A stretch of 64,000 nucleotides of DNA, taken from Burkholderiales bacterium (GTDB lineage Bacteria; Pseudomonadota; Gammaproteobacteria; Burkholderiales; Casimicrobiaceae). Shown here in pieces: positions 37,327-51,330 of the stretch (positions within the stretch are counted from its first letter, which is position 1; each line of letters opens with the position of its first letter). The position numbers were made by a program, and so were the translations under genes. The stretch lies in the NCBI GenBank assembly GCA_020853025.1, contig JADYZP010000009.1:86410-150409 (forward strand), written 5' to 3'. The notes under the pieces were generated by a model. It ran no database searches. It was given only the letters and a program-made list of their open reading frames with translations, and was not told the origin of the DNA.

Positions 37327-38649
37327 TCAGGGGCGGCCGATGCCGAAGTATTCGAGCCCGGCGGCACGAACCGCGGCCGGCTGAAACAGGTTGCGCCCGT
37401 CGAACGCCAGCGGGGTCGCGAGGCGCCGCTTGATCTCGTCGAAATCCGGACTGCGGAACTCCTGCCACTCGGTAACGACGACCAGCGCGTCCGCCCCGTC
37501 GCAGGCGGCCAGTGGCGAATCCGCGTAGGAGAGGAAGGGTGCCTCGCCGAAAACGCGTCGCGCCTCGTCCATCGCGACCGGGTCATAGGCGACGATGGTC
37601 GCGCCGCGCGCGGCGAGCGCCTCGACGATCACACGCGACGGCGCCTCGCGCATGTCGTCGGTGTTGGCCTTGAAGGCGAGTCCCCACAGAGCGAAGCTGC
37701 GGCCGGAGAGATCGCCGCCGAGCCGAGCCACGATCTTGTCGATCAGCACGTGCTTCTGCATCTCGTTGACGCTCTCGACCGCAGCCAGCAATTCGAGCGG
37801 ATGCCCATGCCGCGTTGCCGTATGCTGCAACGCCTTGACGTCCTTCGGAAAGCAGCTGCCGCCATAGCCGACGCCCGGATAGAGGAAGTGGTAGCCGATG
37901 CGCGGATCCGAGCCGATGCCCTGCCGCACCATCTCGATGTCGGCGCCCAGGTGATCGGCGAGATTGGCCATCTCGTTCATGAACGAGATCCGCGTCGCGA
38001 GCATCGCGTTCGCCGCATACTTGGTCAGTTCCGCCGAACGCAGGTCCATCACCAGGAAACGGTTGTGGTTGCGCATGAACGGAGCGTAAACCGCGCGCAA
38101 CGCGGCGATCGCGCGCTCGTCGCTGGCGCCGACCACCACGCGATCGGGTTTCATGAAGTCCTCGACTGCCGCGCCCTCCTTCAGAAACTCCGGGTTGGAC
38201 GCGACGGCGAAGTGCAGGTCGATCCCGCGCACGGCGAGCTCCTCGGCGATCGCCGCCTGCACGCGGTCGGCGGTGCCGACCGGCACCGTCGACTTGTCGA
38301 CGACGATCTTCGGCGCCTGCATGCGCTGTCCGATGCCGCGCGCTGCCTCGATCACGTATCGCATGTCGGCGCTGCCGTCCTCGTCGGGAGGCGTGCCGAC
38401 CGCGATGAACTGCAAGGCGCCGTGCGCCACCGACGCATCGACGTCGGTCGTGAAGCGCAGCCGGCCGGCGGCGACGTTACGCTCGACCAGCGGTGCCAAT
38501 CCCGGCTCGTGAATTGGCACTCCGCCGTCGTTCAGCGCCGCGATCTTGCGGGCGTCGACGTCGAGGCACAGCACGTCGTTGCCGACCTCCGCGAAGCAGG
38601 TACCGGTGACGAGCCCGACGTAGCCGGTGCCGATCATCGTGATCTTCAC
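37327..38649 (-). CDS. ugd: UDP-glucose 6-dehydrogenase
   Basis: [26 protein letters not shown] and [10 protein letters not shown]; GTG start overlaps the pyrF stop. Confidence 0.95.
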   Translation of the reverse strand: MKITMIGTGYVGLVTGTCFAEVGNDVLCLDVDARKIAALNDGGVPIHEPGLAPLVERNVAAGRLRFTTDVDASVAHGALQFIAVGTPPDEDGSADMRYVIEAARGIGQRMQAPKIVVDKSTVPVGTADRVQAAIAEELAVRGIDLHFAVASNPEFLKEGAAVEDFMKPDRVVVGASDERAIAALRAVYAPFMRNHNRFLVMDLRSAELTKYAANAMLATRISFMNEMANLADHLGADIEMVRQGIGSDPRIGYHFLYPGVGYGGSCFPKDVKALQHTATRHGHPLELLAAVESVNEMQKHVLIDKIVARLGGDLSGRSFALWGLAFKANTDDMREAPSRVIVEALAARGATIVAYDPVAMDEARRVFGEAPFLSYADSPLAACDGADALVVVTEWQEFRSPDFDEIKRRLATPLAFDGRNLFQPAAVRAAGLEYFGIGRP

Positions 38650-39380
38650 GCCCTGCCCTTCTTCACCTTCGCCAGAGTACGATTGATTTCGGCCAGCGTC
38701 GCCAGCGGATCGGCGGCCTGCGTGATCGGGCGACCGATGACGATGAAGTCGGCACCCGCGCGAACGGCAGCCTCCGGCGTGACGATGCGCGCCTGGTCGT
38801 CCTGCGCCGATTCCGCTAGGCGAATGCCGGGTGTCACCAGTCGAAACACGGGTCCGCAGGCCGTCCGCAGCGCACTCGCTTCGTGCGCCGAGCAGACGAC
38901 GCCGTCGAGATCGCAGTCGCGTGCCAGACGCGCCAGCTGCAGCGCCTCCGCCTTTGCCCCGCTCGCGTGCCCTATCTCGCGCAGGTCCGCGTCGTCGAGA
39001 CTGGTCAACACGGTCACGGCGATCAGCATAGGCGGTGTGCGCGCTGCGCCGCTCGCCGCAGCGTCGACGGCATCGCGCGCCGCGCGCAGCATTGCCCGTC
39101 CGCCACTGGCGTGCACGTCGATCATCCAGACGCCCAGGCGCGCGGCGGCCGCGCAGGCACTGGCAGCGGTGTTGGGAATGTCGTGGAACTTCAGGTCGAG
39201 GAAGACGTTGAAGCCGCGATCGACCAGCCAGCGCACGGGTTCCGGACCCGCGGTGACGAAGAGTTCCTTGCCGACCTTGACAGCGCACTCGCGCGGATCG
39301 AGGCGGTGGGCGAGCGCCAGCGCGTGCATCGGATTGGAAAAATCCAGTGCGACGATGACGCGGGGTTCCGAATTGATCAC
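38646..39380 (-). CDS. pyrF: Orotidine-5'-phosphate decarboxylase
   Basis: [27 protein letters not shown] and IVIGRPI. Confidence 0.96.
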   Translation of the reverse strand: MINSEPRVIVALDFSNPMHALALAHRLDPRECAVKVGKELFVTAGPEPVRWLVDRGFNVFLDLKFHDIPNTAASACAAAARLGVWMIDVHASGGRAMLRAARDAVDAAASGAARTPPMLIAVTVLTSLDDADLREIGHASGAKAEALQLARLARDCDLDGVVCSAHEASALRTACGPVFRLVTPGIRLAESAQDDQARIVTPEAAVRAGADFIVIGRPITQAADPLATLAEINRTLAKVKKGRA

Positions 39381-39385
39381 GGTCG

Positions 39386-39420
39386 CCTCCGATCCTCTGT
39401 TCCCGATTTCCGAACCCTGA
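39386..39420 (-). repeat. Degenerate heptamer tandem repeat (5 units)
   Basis: TCAGGGT-TCGGAAA-TCGGGAA-CAGAGGA-TCGGAGG filling the lapB-pyrF gap. Confidence 0.5.
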
Positions 39421-40599
39421 CTAGGCGTATCCATCCGGCGCCTCCGTCCGTCGCGGCGAATACGTCTCCCACTTCAAGCACCCCGGACAACGCCAGTAGT
39501 ATTGCTTCGCCCGGAAGCCGCAATGATCGCACTTGTACATGCCCAGCCGCTTGATGTGCTGCGCGACCAAGCCGCGGACGAGCTCGAGGTCGTGGCGACG
39601 ATCGGCCGGAGCCGCGAGCAGCTGCGCTTCGAGCAGCCGGTCGAGTCCCATCAACGTCGGATTGCGGGCCAGCTCGTCCTTGATCAACGCCACCGCCGCG
39701 TCGGGGCCGTCGTGCTCGAGCACCAGCGTGAACAGCGCGTTCAACAGGTCGAGCGACGGATACTGCGCGTGGTAGTTACGCAGCAGCCGGATACCCTGTG
39801 CGGGGTCGCCCTGCTTGCGAAAGGCGTCGGCGAAGCGATCGGCGGCGAGCGCCAGAAACGAGGGACTCTGCGACTCGATCTTCTGCCAGGCGGCGATGGC
39901 GGCGGCCGGCCGACCCTGCTGCGCCTCGGAGTCGCCGGCCAGCAAGGTCGCGCGCGCGCAGCCACGATACGCCGCGTAGGCCGCATCGAGTTCGGCCGTC
40001 GCTGCCGCGTAGTCACCGCGCAGTAGCGCTGCCTGCGCGAGCTCGCAGTGGTATTGCGCGATTTCCTTGAAGTACGGCTGCTTGGCGAGTTCCTCCATCC
40101 GCCGCGTCGCGGCAATCGCCTTCGTCCAATCCTTCTCGGTCTCGTAGATCGAGATGAGATGCGACAGCGCCGAATGCTCGAAGGCGCTGCCGTTCAGCCG
40201 CGTGAACAGTTCCTCGGCGCGGTCGAGGAGCCCTGCGCGGTGGAAGTCCTGCGCCAGCTCGTAGGTCGCGATGACCCGCTTGTCGGCCGGCAGGTCGGAG
40301 CGATCGAGCAGGTTCTGGTGCATCCGGATCGCGCGGTCGATCTCGCCCTGGCGGCGGAACAGCGACCCCAGCGCGAAATGCAGGTCGATCGTCTGCGGAT
40401 CCACCTTGACCACTTCGATGAACGACTCTATGGCCTTGTCGGGCTGTTCGTTGAGCAGGAAATTGAGCCCGCGAAAATACGACAGCGGCAACGCCCGCGA
40501 TTCGCGCAGCAGGTGCTTGATGTCGATGCGGGCGGCGATCCATCCGAGCGCAAAGAACACCGCCGGAATCGGCAGCAGCCACCACAACTCGAAATCCAT
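39421..40599 (-). CDS. lapB: LPS assembly protein B
   Basis: [20 protein letters not shown] array and C-terminal rubredoxin-like CxxC...CxxC. Confidence 0.96.
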   Translation of the reverse strand: MDFELWWLLPIPAVFFALGWIAARIDIKHLLRESRALPLSYFRGLNFLLNEQPDKAIESFIEVVKVDPQTIDLHFALGSLFRRQGEIDRAIRMHQNLLDRSDLPADKRVIATYELAQDFHRAGLLDRAEELFTRLNGSAFEHSALSHLISIYETEKDWTKAIAATRRMEELAKQPYFKEIAQYHCELAQAALLRGDYAAATAELDAAYAAYRGCARATLLAGDSEAQQGRPAAAIAAWQKIESQSPSFLALAADRFADAFRKQGDPAQGIRLLRNYHAQYPSLDLLNALFTLVLEHDGPDAAVALIKDELARNPTLMGLDRLLEAQLLAAPADRRHDLELVRGLVAQHIKRLGMYKCDHCGFRAKQYYWRCPGCLKWETYSPRRTEAPDGYA

Positions 40600-40628
40600 G
40601 CGGCGTCCGGCCTAGCGTGCGACGGACA

Positions 40629-40937
40629 TCAGACGGCGTCCGGCGGCGGGTCGTTGCGCGGCGGCACGGCGTCCGCTGCGGGCTTCAGCGCGGGTGATGC
40701 GCGGTGCTCGTGTCGGAGGCGGCTCAGTTGCCGCTTCAATCGCGATGCGCGCATCGCGCCGGCCAGCAGCCCGGCGGCGACACCGATGGCGAAGGCGACG
40801 AAAACGACCAGCACCAACGGCGCGTGCCAGCTCGCGACATTGAAGAAGCGCAGCGTAACCGACTCGGCGTTCTGCAGCGACAAGAACAGCAATGCCGCGA
40901 AGACCGTTCCCGCGACGATCCAGCGTAGCGTCTGCAT
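40629..40937 (-). CDS. lapA: LPS assembly protein A (LapA/DUF1049)
   Basis: Two TM segments with QN...V.L.F; located between ihfB and lapB. Confidence 0.88.
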   Translation of the reverse strand: MQTLRWIVAGTVFAALLFLSLQNAESVTLRFFNVASWHAPLVLVVFVAFAIGVAAGLLAGAMRASRLKRQLSRLRHEHRASPALKPAADAVPPRNDPPPDAV

Positions 40938-40961
40938 CTTTCGCGATCCCCGCGATTGGCG

Positions 40962-41258
40962 CTAGCCGGGCGCCGCGTCCGGAAAATCGACCCGCTCGCG
41001 CAGTTCCTTGCCGGCCTTGAAGTGCGGGACGTACTTCTGCGGCACCTGCACCTTCTCACCCGACTTGGGGTTGCGACCGGTACGCGGTGGGCGATAGTTC
41101 AAGCCGAAGCTGCCGAACCCGCGGATCTCGATGCGCTCCCCCTTCGCCAGCGACTCGCCCATCGCGTCGAGGATCATCTTGACCGCAAGCTCGGCATCCT
41201 TCGCGACCAGCTGCGGAAACTGCGCCGCGAGGCGTTCGATCAGCTCCGATTTGGTCAT
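40962..41258 (-). CDS. ihfB: Integration host factor beta
   Basis: [18 protein letters not shown] and GRNPKSG. Confidence 0.97.
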   Translation of the reverse strand: MTKSELIERLAAQFPQLVAKDAELAVKMILDAMGESLAKGERIEIRGFGSFGLNYRPPRTGRNPKSGEKVQVPQKYVPHFKAGKELRERVDFPDAAPG

Positions 41259-41280
41259 TGCCGAAAAACCTCGCTGGGGG

Positions 41281-43020
41281 TCAGCCGTTGGTCTTGTTGT
41301 CGGAAAGCTTGGCCTTGAGCAGCGCGCCCAGATTGGTCGTACCCGTGTTGGCGCTCTGGGTCTCCGCGCTCATCCGCTGCATCGCCTCGCCTTCCTCGGC
41401 GTTGTCCTTCGCCTTGATCGACAGGTTGATGCTGCGGTTCTTGCGGTCGACGTTGATGATCATCGCATTGACGGCGTCGCCTTCCTTCAGATGCGTACGC
41501 ATGTCCTCGACCCGGTCGCGCGAAAGTTCCGACGCGCGCAGGTAGCCTTCGATCTCGCCTGACAGCGTGATGACCGCACCCTTCCCGTCCAGCGACTTCA
41601 CCGTACCGTTGACGATGCTGCCCTTGTCGTGCAGTGCGACGAAGTTGGTGAAAGGATCGCCTTCGAGCTGCTTGATGCCGAGCGAGATTCGCTCGCGCTC
41701 GACGTCGATCGCCAGCACGACGGCTTCCACTTCCTGACCTTTCTTGTAGTCGCGCACGGCTGCCTCACCGACCGCCGCCCACGACAGGTCGGACAGGTGG
41801 ACGAGACCGTCGATCCCACCCGGCAGGCCGACGAACACGCCGAAGTCCGTGATCGACTTGATCATGCCGTTGACGTGGTCGCCCTTCTTGTGGTTCATCG
41901 AGAAGTCATCCCACGGATTCGGCATGCATTGCTTCATGCCGAGCGAGATACGACGGCGATCCTCGTCGATCTCGAGAATCATCACCTCGACCTCGTCGCC
42001 CAGCTGCACGACCTTGGTCGGATGGATGTTCTTGTTGGTCCAGTCCATTTCGGACACGTGGACGAGACCCTCGATACCCGACTCGATCTCGACAAACGCG
42101 CCGTAATCGGTGATGTTGGTGACCTTGCCGAACAGCCGCGTGCTCTGCGGATAGCGCCGCGACAGGCCGACCCACGGATCTTCGCCCAACTGCTTCATGC
42201 CCAGCGAGACGCGGTTCTTTTCCTGGTCGAACTTCAGGACCTTGGCGGTGACCTCGTCGCCGACCGCGAGCACTTCCGATGGATGCTTGACGCGCCTCCA
42301 CGCGAGGTCGGTGATGTGCAGCAGTCCGTCGATGCCGCCCAGGTCGACGAAGGCGCCGTAGTCGGTGATGTTCTTGACCACGCCGTTGACGATCGCGCCT
42401 TCGGAAAGCGTCGCCAGCAGCTTCTCGCGCACCTCGCCCTGGCTCTCCTCGAGTACGGCGCGGCGCGACACGACGACGTTGTTGCGCTTGCGGTCGAGCT
42501 TGATGACCTTGAAGTCGAGCGCCTTGTTCTCGAACGGCGACGTGTCCTTCACCGGCCGGATGTCGACCAGCGAGCCGGGCAGGAACGCGCGGATGCCGTT
42601 GATCATCACGGTCAGGCCGCCCTTCACCTTGCTGGTGACGAGTCCCTGCACGACGAGGCCCTGCTCCATCGCGGCTTCCAGATCGTGCCACGCCTTCAGG
42701 CGTTTGGCCTTGTCGCGAGACAGTCGCGTCTCGCCGTAGCCGTCCTCGAGCGCTTCGATGGCGACGGTGACGAAATCGCCGGCCTTGACTTCGATCTCGC
42801 CCTTGTCGTCCTTGAACTCCTCGATGGGTATGAACGACTCGGACTTCAGGCCGGCGTTGACGACGACGACGTTGAAGTCGACGCGAACGACTTCGGCGGT
42901 GATGAGTTCACCCTGGCGCATTTCCTGGCGCGACAAGGACTCCTCGAACAATGTCGCGAAATCTTCCATCGGCGGATTCACTGCGGCGGGCGTGACGGGC
43001 ATTGCGGTGGCGGTAGCCAT
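41281..43020 (-). CDS. rpsA: 30S ribosomal protein S1
   Basis: Six S1 repeats; start at ATG 43020. Confidence 0.97.
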   Translation of the reverse strand: MATATAMPVTPAAVNPPMEDFATLFEESLSRQEMRQGELITAEVVRVDFNVVVVNAGLKSESFIPIEEFKDDKGEIEVKAGDFVTVAIEALEDGYGETRLSRDKAKRLKAWHDLEAAMEQGLVVQGLVTSKVKGGLTVMINGIRAFLPGSLVDIRPVKDTSPFENKALDFKVIKLDRKRNNVVVSRRAVLEESQGEVREKLLATLSEGAIVNGVVKNITDYGAFVDLGGIDGLLHITDLAWRRVKHPSEVLAVGDEVTAKVLKFDQEKNRVSLGMKQLGEDPWVGLSRRYPQSTRLFGKVTNITDYGAFVEIESGIEGLVHVSEMDWTNKNIHPTKVVQLGDEVEVMILEIDEDRRRISLGMKQCMPNPWDDFSMNHKKGDHVNGMIKSITDFGVFVGLPGGIDGLVHLSDLSWAAVGEAAVRDYKKGQEVEAVVLAIDVERERISLGIKQLEGDPFTNFVALHDKGSIVNGTVKSLDGKGAVITLSGEIEGYLRASELSRDRVEDMRTHLKEGDAVNAMIINVDRKNRSINLSIKAKDNAEEGEAMQRMSAETQSANTGTTNLGALLKAKLSDNKTNG

Positions 43021-43153
43021 GGGGTTTGGTTCCTTTGCATGTCGATTACCGCCTGCGACGAGAACCCTGTTTCTCGTACCGGCGGGCTGGTGGGTCAATC
43101 CGCACGACGCGCGCCGGCTTGAAAGCGCGTGTCCTGCGGCACTTCTGCGTGGG
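43021..43153 (-). promoter_or_regulatory. Structured rpsA 5' leader (possible S1 autoregulation)
   Basis: Two potential hairpins and a repeated TGACCCAC upstream of rpsA; function inferred from position. Confidence 0.3.
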
Positions 43154-43849
43154 TCAAGCCTTTGGATCATCGGCGCGGGTCATGGCGCCAGCGCTTCGGT
43201 ACAGCGCAAGCACGCGTGCAACGGCTTCGTCGATCGTCAGGTCGGTGGTATCGAGGAGCACGGCGTCGGGGGCGGGTTCGAGCGGTGCTGCCGCCCGGCC
43301 CGCGTCACGCGCGTCGCGCTCGCGGATATCGCGCAAAAGACCGTCCATTGTAATGGAGATTCCTTTTGCGATCAACTGCTTATGTCGCCGCCGCGCCCGC
43401 TGCTCGGCGCTGGCCGTGACAAAGACCTTGGTCCGGGCGTCGGGAAAGACGACGGTCCCCATGTCCCTGCCGTCGGCGACCAGACCGGGCGGCCTCCGGA
43501 ACGCCCGCTGCCGCTCGATCAGCGCCCGCCGGACCGCCGGATGGACCGCCACCCGGGACGCCGCCGCCGAAACGCTTTCGCTGCGGATCGCCGCGGTGGC
43601 GTCGTCGCCGTCCAGCGCGACCGTGCCATCGTGGAAAACGACGGCCAGTGCGGCGGCCAAGCGGGCGAGTGCTGCTTCGTCGTCGACGTCGGCGCCGCTG
43701 CGCGCGGCCTTCAGCGCGACCAGCCGGTACAGCGCACCGCTGTCCAGGTAGTGGAAGCCCAGCGCGCGCGCGACAGCGGCAGCGATCGTGCCCTTGCCGG
43801 ACGCCGCCGGGCCATCGACGGCGATCACCTGCGGCGGCGCGCCGGTCAC
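43154..43849 (-). CDS. cmk: Cytidylate kinase
   Basis: [21 protein letters not shown] and [13 protein letters not shown]. Confidence 0.96.
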   Translation of the reverse strand: MTGAPPQVIAVDGPAASGKGTIAAAVARALGFHYLDSGALYRLVALKAARSGADVDDEAALARLAAALAVVFHDGTVALDGDDATAAIRSESVSAAASRVAVHPAVRRALIERQRAFRRPPGLVADGRDMGTVVFPDARTKVFVTASAEQRARRRHKQLIAKGISITMDGLLRDIRERDARDAGRAAAPLEPAPDAVLLDTTDLTIDEAVARVLALYRSAGAMTRADDPKA

Positions 43850-45141
43850 GACAGGACGCGCGCCAACTCGGCGAAGTAATCGGGATAGGTCTTGCGCACG
43901 CAGCCTGGATCGTCGATGGTCACCGGCACCCCTCCCAGCGCCGCCAGCGCGAAGCACATCGCCATCCGGTGGTCATCGTAGGTCGCGATCGTTGCCGGCA
44001 CGAAGCGCGCCGGCGGCGTCACGCGCAGCCAGTCGCCGCCCTCCTCCGCGGTGGCGCCGAGCTTGCGCAATTCGGCCGCCATCGCCGCCAGCCGGTCGGT
44101 TTCCTTGACTCGCCAGCTGCCGATGTTGACCAGTGTCGTCGGCGTCTCGGCGAACAGCGCGACGATCGCCAGCGTCATCGCCGCGTCGGGAATCGCGACG
44201 CAATCGATGGTGCCGCCGGCGAGTGCGCCACCCGCGCGGGCCTCGATCCAGTCGGGACCGAAGTCGACGTCGGCGCCGCGACGCGCCAGCTCGTGGGCGA
44301 AACCGACATCGCCCTGGATCGAGTCGCGCCCGACACCGGTCACGCGTACCGGGCCGCCGCCGAGCGCACCCGCGGCGAGAAAGTAGGAGGCGCCGGAGGC
44401 GTCGCCCTCGACCGCGAGCGTGCCGGGGCTGGCATAGCCATCGCCCGCCGGCACCGTGAAGGCCGTATCGCCCGCGCGCTGCACGGGGACGCCGAAATGC
44501 TGCATCAGCTTGCAGGTGATATCGACGTAGGGGCGCGAGATCAACTCGCCGTCGACGGCGACCGTCACCTCGGTGCGCAGCAGCGGCAACGCCTGCAGAA
44601 GGCCGGTGAGGAACTGGCTCGACACATCGCCGCGAATGCGCAGCGGTGCGGCGACCGGATGCCCCGGTCCGATCAGCAGTGGCGGAAATCCGCGCGCGAG
44701 TTCGTAGCGCAGATCGGTGCCCAGCGGGCGCAGCGCATCGACCAGATCGCCGATGGGCCGCTCGCGCATCCGCGGTCCGCCGTCGGCGCGATAGTCGCCG
44801 CCGGACAGCGCGAGTGCCGCGACCAGCGTGCGCATCGACAGGCCCGACAGTCCGAGATTCAAGTCGGCATGCTTGACCGGAAACGCGCCGCCGGCGCCGC
44901 GAACTTCGAAGCGGTGGTCGCCACGATCTCGCCACTCGATGCCGAGCTGGCGCAACGCGTCGAGCATCACGCGCGTGTCGTCCGATTCGAGCAACCCGGT
45001 CAGCGTCGTCGTCCCGCGCGCCAGCGCCGCCAGCAGCAGCATGCGGTTGCTGATGCTCTTCGACCCGGGCAGTACGACGACGCCTTCGGCGTGCGTCGCT
45101 GCAGCGAGCGTCAGTTGCGGCGAAAAGGCGACGGCGGTCAT
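43846..45141 (-). CDS. aroA: EPSP synthase (class I-like)
   Basis: [21 protein letters not shown] and DHRMAM. Confidence 0.96.
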   Translation of the reverse strand: MTAVAFSPQLTLAAATHAEGVVVLPGSKSISNRMLLLAALARGTTTLTGLLESDDTRVMLDALRQLGIEWRDRGDHRFEVRGAGGAFPVKHADLNLGLSGLSMRTLVAALALSGGDYRADGGPRMRERPIGDLVDALRPLGTDLRYELARGFPPLLIGPGHPVAAPLRIRGDVSSQFLTGLLQALPLLRTEVTVAVDGELISRPYVDITCKLMQHFGVPVQRAGDTAFTVPAGDGYASPGTLAVEGDASGASYFLAAGALGGGPVRVTGVGRDSIQGDVGFAHELARRGADVDFGPDWIEARAGGALAGGTIDCVAIPDAAMTLAIVALFAETPTTLVNIGSWRVKETDRLAAMAAELRKLGATAEEGGDWLRVTPPARFVPATIATYDDHRMAMCFALAALGGVPVTIDDPGCVRKTYPDYFAELARVLS

Positions 45142-45162
45142 TGTTTCCCTCGAGCCGGCGAT

Positions 45163-46137
45163 TCATGCCTTGCCGTCGGCCGCAGGCAGCGCTTGTTGCG
45201 CCTGCCACGCACGGCGCGCGGCGCTCGCCTGCCCGAACAGCTCGGTCAGCGCCTCGCCGTCGCCTTCGTCGATCAGCGCGCGCAGCGCGCACAGCGCGTC
45301 ACCGTAGTCGTCGATTTCGGCGAGCAGCGCGTCGCGGTTGGCGAGTGCGACGTCGCGCCACATCTCCGGCGACCCGGCCGCAATGCGCGTGAAGTCGCGA
45401 AAGCCGCTCGCGGCATGCTCGAAATACACTGCGGCGTCGGTCCTTGCCGCCAGCTTGGCGACCAGCGTGAACGCGAGCATGTGCGGCAGATGCGACACCG
45501 CGGCGAAGATCGCGTCGTGGCGCTCGGCCGGAAGCATCGTGACGCGCGCGCCGCAGGCACGCCACAACGCAGACACTTTTGTCGTCGCTTCGGACAGCGT
45601 CTCGGGCAGCGGCGTCAGCACGACATTGCGGTCTTCAAACAGGGAAGGAAACGCCGCCGAGGCGCCGGTATGTTCGGTGCCGGCAATCGGGTGTCCGGGC
45701 ACGAACTGCGGCAGGCGTGCGCCCAGCGCGCCGCGCGCCGCGGCGATCACGTCCTGCTTGGTGCTGCCCGCATCGGTGACGATCGTCGACGCGCCGATGC
45801 GCGGGGCAAGCGACGTGAACAACGCTGGAAACTGGGCGACCGGCGCCGCCAGCAGCACGACGTCGGCGTCGGCGGTCTCCGGCGCCCAGTCGTCGCGCTG
45901 CAGGCAGGCGCGGTCGACGATGCCGCGGGCGATCGCCGCGTCGAGATTCGCGCGCGTGCGTCCGACGCCGACGACTTCGCCGACGACACCGGCACGCTTC
46001 AGCGCCAGCGCGAAGGAGCCACCGATAAGGCCGACGCCGACGACCACCAGCTTGCGGATGTGGCCGCCCCGTTGCGTCGCTCCGCGCCGCCTCCCGCCGA
46101 GGGGGCGAGCGCCTTGGGGCGGCGCCGCGGCGCTCAT
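45163..46137 (-). CDS. tyrA: Prephenate dehydrogenase
   Basis: GVGLIGGS, DAGSTK, GHPIAG, HD...A.VSHLPH and FRDFTRIA. Confidence 0.92.
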   Translation of the reverse strand: MSAAAPPQGARPLGGRRRGATQRGGHIRKLVVVGVGLIGGSFALALKRAGVVGEVVGVGRTRANLDAAIARGIVDRACLQRDDWAPETADADVVLLAAPVAQFPALFTSLAPRIGASTIVTDAGSTKQDVIAAARGALGARLPQFVPGHPIAGTEHTGASAAFPSLFEDRNVVLTPLPETLSEATTKVSALWRACGARVTMLPAERHDAIFAAVSHLPHMLAFTLVAKLAARTDAAVYFEHAASGFRDFTRIAAGSPEMWRDVALANRDALLAEIDDYGDALCALRALIDEGDGEALTELFGQASAARRAWQAQQALPAADGKA

Positions 46138-47252
46138 CCGGACGCGAGGTCGCGGCCGACGATCGGCGCGAGCGCGGCCAGGAAGCGGTCGTTTTCCGCC
46201 GGCAGGCCGACGGTGACGCGCAGGTATTCGGGCAAACCATAGCTCGCCACCGGACGCACGATCACGCCTTGCAGCAGCAACGCGTGGTTGATGCGCGCTG
46301 CGTCGCCGACCTTGACCAGCACGAAGTTGCCGTACGACGGCACGAAAGGAATCCCGAGCGACGCCAGTCCAGAGACAAGCTGCGTCAACCCGAGGCGATT
46401 CAGCTCGCGGCTATCCTCGACGTAGGCAATGTCCGCCAGCGCCGCGACGGCGGCAGCCTGGGCCAGCGCGTTGACGTTGAATGGCTGCCGCACGCGGTTG
46501 AGCATGTCGGCGACATCGGCGTTCATCACGCCGTAGCCCACGCGCAGCGCCGCCAGACCGTAGACCTTCGAAAACGTACGGGTCACGGCCAGGTGCGGAT
46601 AGCGGGCAGTCCAGCCGACGCTGTCGGCGCGATGCGCGGGTTCCAGGTACTCGTTGTAGGCCTCGTCGAGCACGACCAGCACGTCGCGCGGCACCGAGTC
46701 GATGAACGCCTCGAGTGCTGCCGGCTCGCTCCAGGTGCCGGTCGGATTGTTCGGATTGGCGACGAAGACAATCCGCGTCTCGCGCGTGATCGCCCTGCGC
46801 ATCGCCGGCAGGTCGTGCGCGAGGTCGCGCGCGGGAACCTCGATGCCCGTCGCGCCGCGGGCGAGCGTTGCGAGCGGATAGACGGCAAAGGCGTGTTGCG
46901 AATAAACGGCGGCGGCGCCGGGCCGCAGATACGCCATCGTCGCCAGTTCGAGGAGGTCGTTGGAACCGTTGCCGAGGACGAGCTGCTCCGGCGTCACGCC
47001 AAGCCGCTGCGCGAGCGCATCCTTCAGGCGATAGCCGTAACCGTCCGGGTAGCGCGTGATTTCGGCCGCCGCCGCAGCGATCGCGGCCAGCACGGCGGAG
47101 CTGGGACCGCGCGGGTTTTCGTTCGATGCGAGCTTGACGATCGTCGCCGGGTCGAGGTCGAGTTCGCGCGCGACGTCCTCGACCGGCCGGCCAGGCACGT
47201 AAGGCGCGATGCGGGCGACGTATTCCAGCGCGGTGGGCGTGGCTTGGGTCAT
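46134..47252 (-). CDS. hisC: Histidinol-phosphate aminotransferase
   Basis: KLASNENP, NPNNPTG, DEAY and RTFSKVYGLAALRVG. Confidence 0.95.
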   Translation of the reverse strand: MTQATPTALEYVARIAPYVPGRPVEDVARELDLDPATIVKLASNENPRGPSSAVLAAIAAAAAEITRYPDGYGYRLKDALAQRLGVTPEQLVLGNGSNDLLELATMAYLRPGAAAVYSQHAFAVYPLATLARGATGIEVPARDLAHDLPAMRRAITRETRIVFVANPNNPTGTWSEPAALEAFIDSVPRDVLVVLDEAYNEYLEPAHRADSVGWTARYPHLAVTRTFSKVYGLAALRVGYGVMNADVADMLNRVRQPFNVNALAQAAAVAALADIAYVEDSRELNRLGLTQLVSGLASLGIPFVPSYGNFVLVKVGDAARINHALLLQGVIVRPVASYGLPEYLRVTVGLPAENDRFLAALAPIVGRDLASG

Positions 47253-47271
47253 CGGTGCGTCGTGGCCTTTC

Positions 47272-48363
47272 TCAATCCAGCGCCGCCGGGTACGAGCCCA
47301 GCAGCTTCAGGAACGGCGCCTTGCCCGAAAGCTCGACAAGCGCCGACGCGACGGCCGGATCATCACGGTGCCCGACCAGATCGACGAAGAACAGGTACTC
47401 CCAGAGACCGGTGCGGGCGGGTCGCGATTCGAATCGCGACATCGAGACACCATGCCGCGCGAGCGGCTCGAGCAACGCGTAGACGGCGCCCGGACGGTTG
47501 GGGCAGGACATCACCAGCGAGGTCTGGTCGTTGCCCGACGGCGCGACCTGCGTTCGTCCCAGAACCCAGAAGCGGGTCGTGTTGTTGGGCTCGTCCTCGA
47601 CGTGCGGCGCCAGCGTCGCCAGGCCGTAGATCGCGCCGGCGTTTTCTCCGGCGATGGCGGCTGCTCCGGGCTCGCCCGCCGCCAGCCGCGCCGCCTCCGC
47701 ATTGCTCGCCACCGCAATGCGCGGGACGCCGGGCAGGTGCTGCGCCAACCACTGCACGCATTGCGCCAGCGACTGCCCGTGCGAGTAGACACGGGTGACG
47801 GCGGCGACATTTTCCGCATTCGACAGCAGGTTCTGCGCGACCCGCAGCTTGACTTCGCCGCAGATCGAAAGGTCGGTCGTGCACATGAGGTCGAGCGTGC
47901 GTCCCACCGCACCTTCGGTGGAATTTTCGACTGGCACGACCGCATGGTCGGCCTGTCCGCTGCCGACCGCGCGGAACACGTCGTCGAAGGTCGGGAAGGC
48001 AACGGCGTCGACGCAGGTGCCGAAGTGCTTCGCCACGGCGGCGTGGCTGAAGGTACCCGCCGGGCCGAGATAGGCGACGCGCAGCGTCTGCTCGAGCGCT
48101 CGGCAGGCGGACATGATCTCGCGGAAGACGCCGGTGACCGAAGCGTCGGGCAGCGGGCCCGCGTTGCGCGCGTGCAGTCCCGACAGCACCTGCGTCTCGC
48201 GCTCGGGCCGATAGGCGCCGACGGCGCCTTTGAGCGCGCCGATCGCCTGCGCGTGGCGTGCGCGCTCGTTCAAACGCGCGAGGATCTCGTGGTCGAGCGC
48301 ATCGATGGCAGCGCGGTGGTCCGCGAGGTCGGTCGATGGCGGCGGCGTGTCGTCGTGGTCCAT
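47272..48363 (-). CDS. pheA: Chorismate mutase/prephenate dehydratase
   Basis: CM domain, PVENSTEG, NTTRF and ACT domain ESRP. Confidence 0.95.
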   Translation of the reverse strand: MDHDDTPPPSTDLADHRAAIDALDHEILARLNERARHAQAIGALKGAVGAYRPERETQVLSGLHARNAGPLPDASVTGVFREIMSACRALEQTLRVAYLGPAGTFSHAAVAKHFGTCVDAVAFPTFDDVFRAVGSGQADHAVVPVENSTEGAVGRTLDLMCTTDLSICGEVKLRVAQNLLSNAENVAAVTRVYSHGQSLAQCVQWLAQHLPGVPRIAVASNAEAARLAAGEPGAAAIAGENAGAIYGLATLAPHVEDEPNNTTRFWVLGRTQVAPSGNDQTSLVMSCPNRPGAVYALLEPLARHGVSMSRFESRPARTGLWEYLFFVDLVGHRDDPAVASALVELSGKAPFLKLLGSYPAALD

Positions 48364-48382
48364 CGCGTCCCCGTGCGCCCGG

Positions 48383-50983
<2,601 letters not shown>

Positions 50984-51330
50984 GATTTTCCGCGAAGTAT
51001 GGGGTGAAACGGAGACAGGGCGGCGTTGGCTGGAGAACGCCGCCGGAGCGCGCGCTTTTCCGTCCGGCGCCCGGCCACGCGCACCAAGATGTGGCACGCA
51101 AAGCCTTGATCAAGCGCCCGGAGGCCCTTGAAATCACGTAATTTTATCACGGCGTTGTATTGCCGCGACAGTCGAATCTCCGTAGCGCCCGATGCCGGGG
51201 TTTTCTTTGCGGCGAGAAAACCCGTGTGCTATATTCGCCGCGGAGATATCGCATTCGACGCCGGGGCCATCGTGTCCTTGCGCCCAAAACCGCAGAATTT
51301 GTTCAAAACCAAAGTTAAAGGGGTGAAACA

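Noticed and set aside
38646-39380. pyrF inserted between lapB and ugd
   Set aside because: lapB-pyrF adjacency is common in Proteobacteria; ordinary operon variation.
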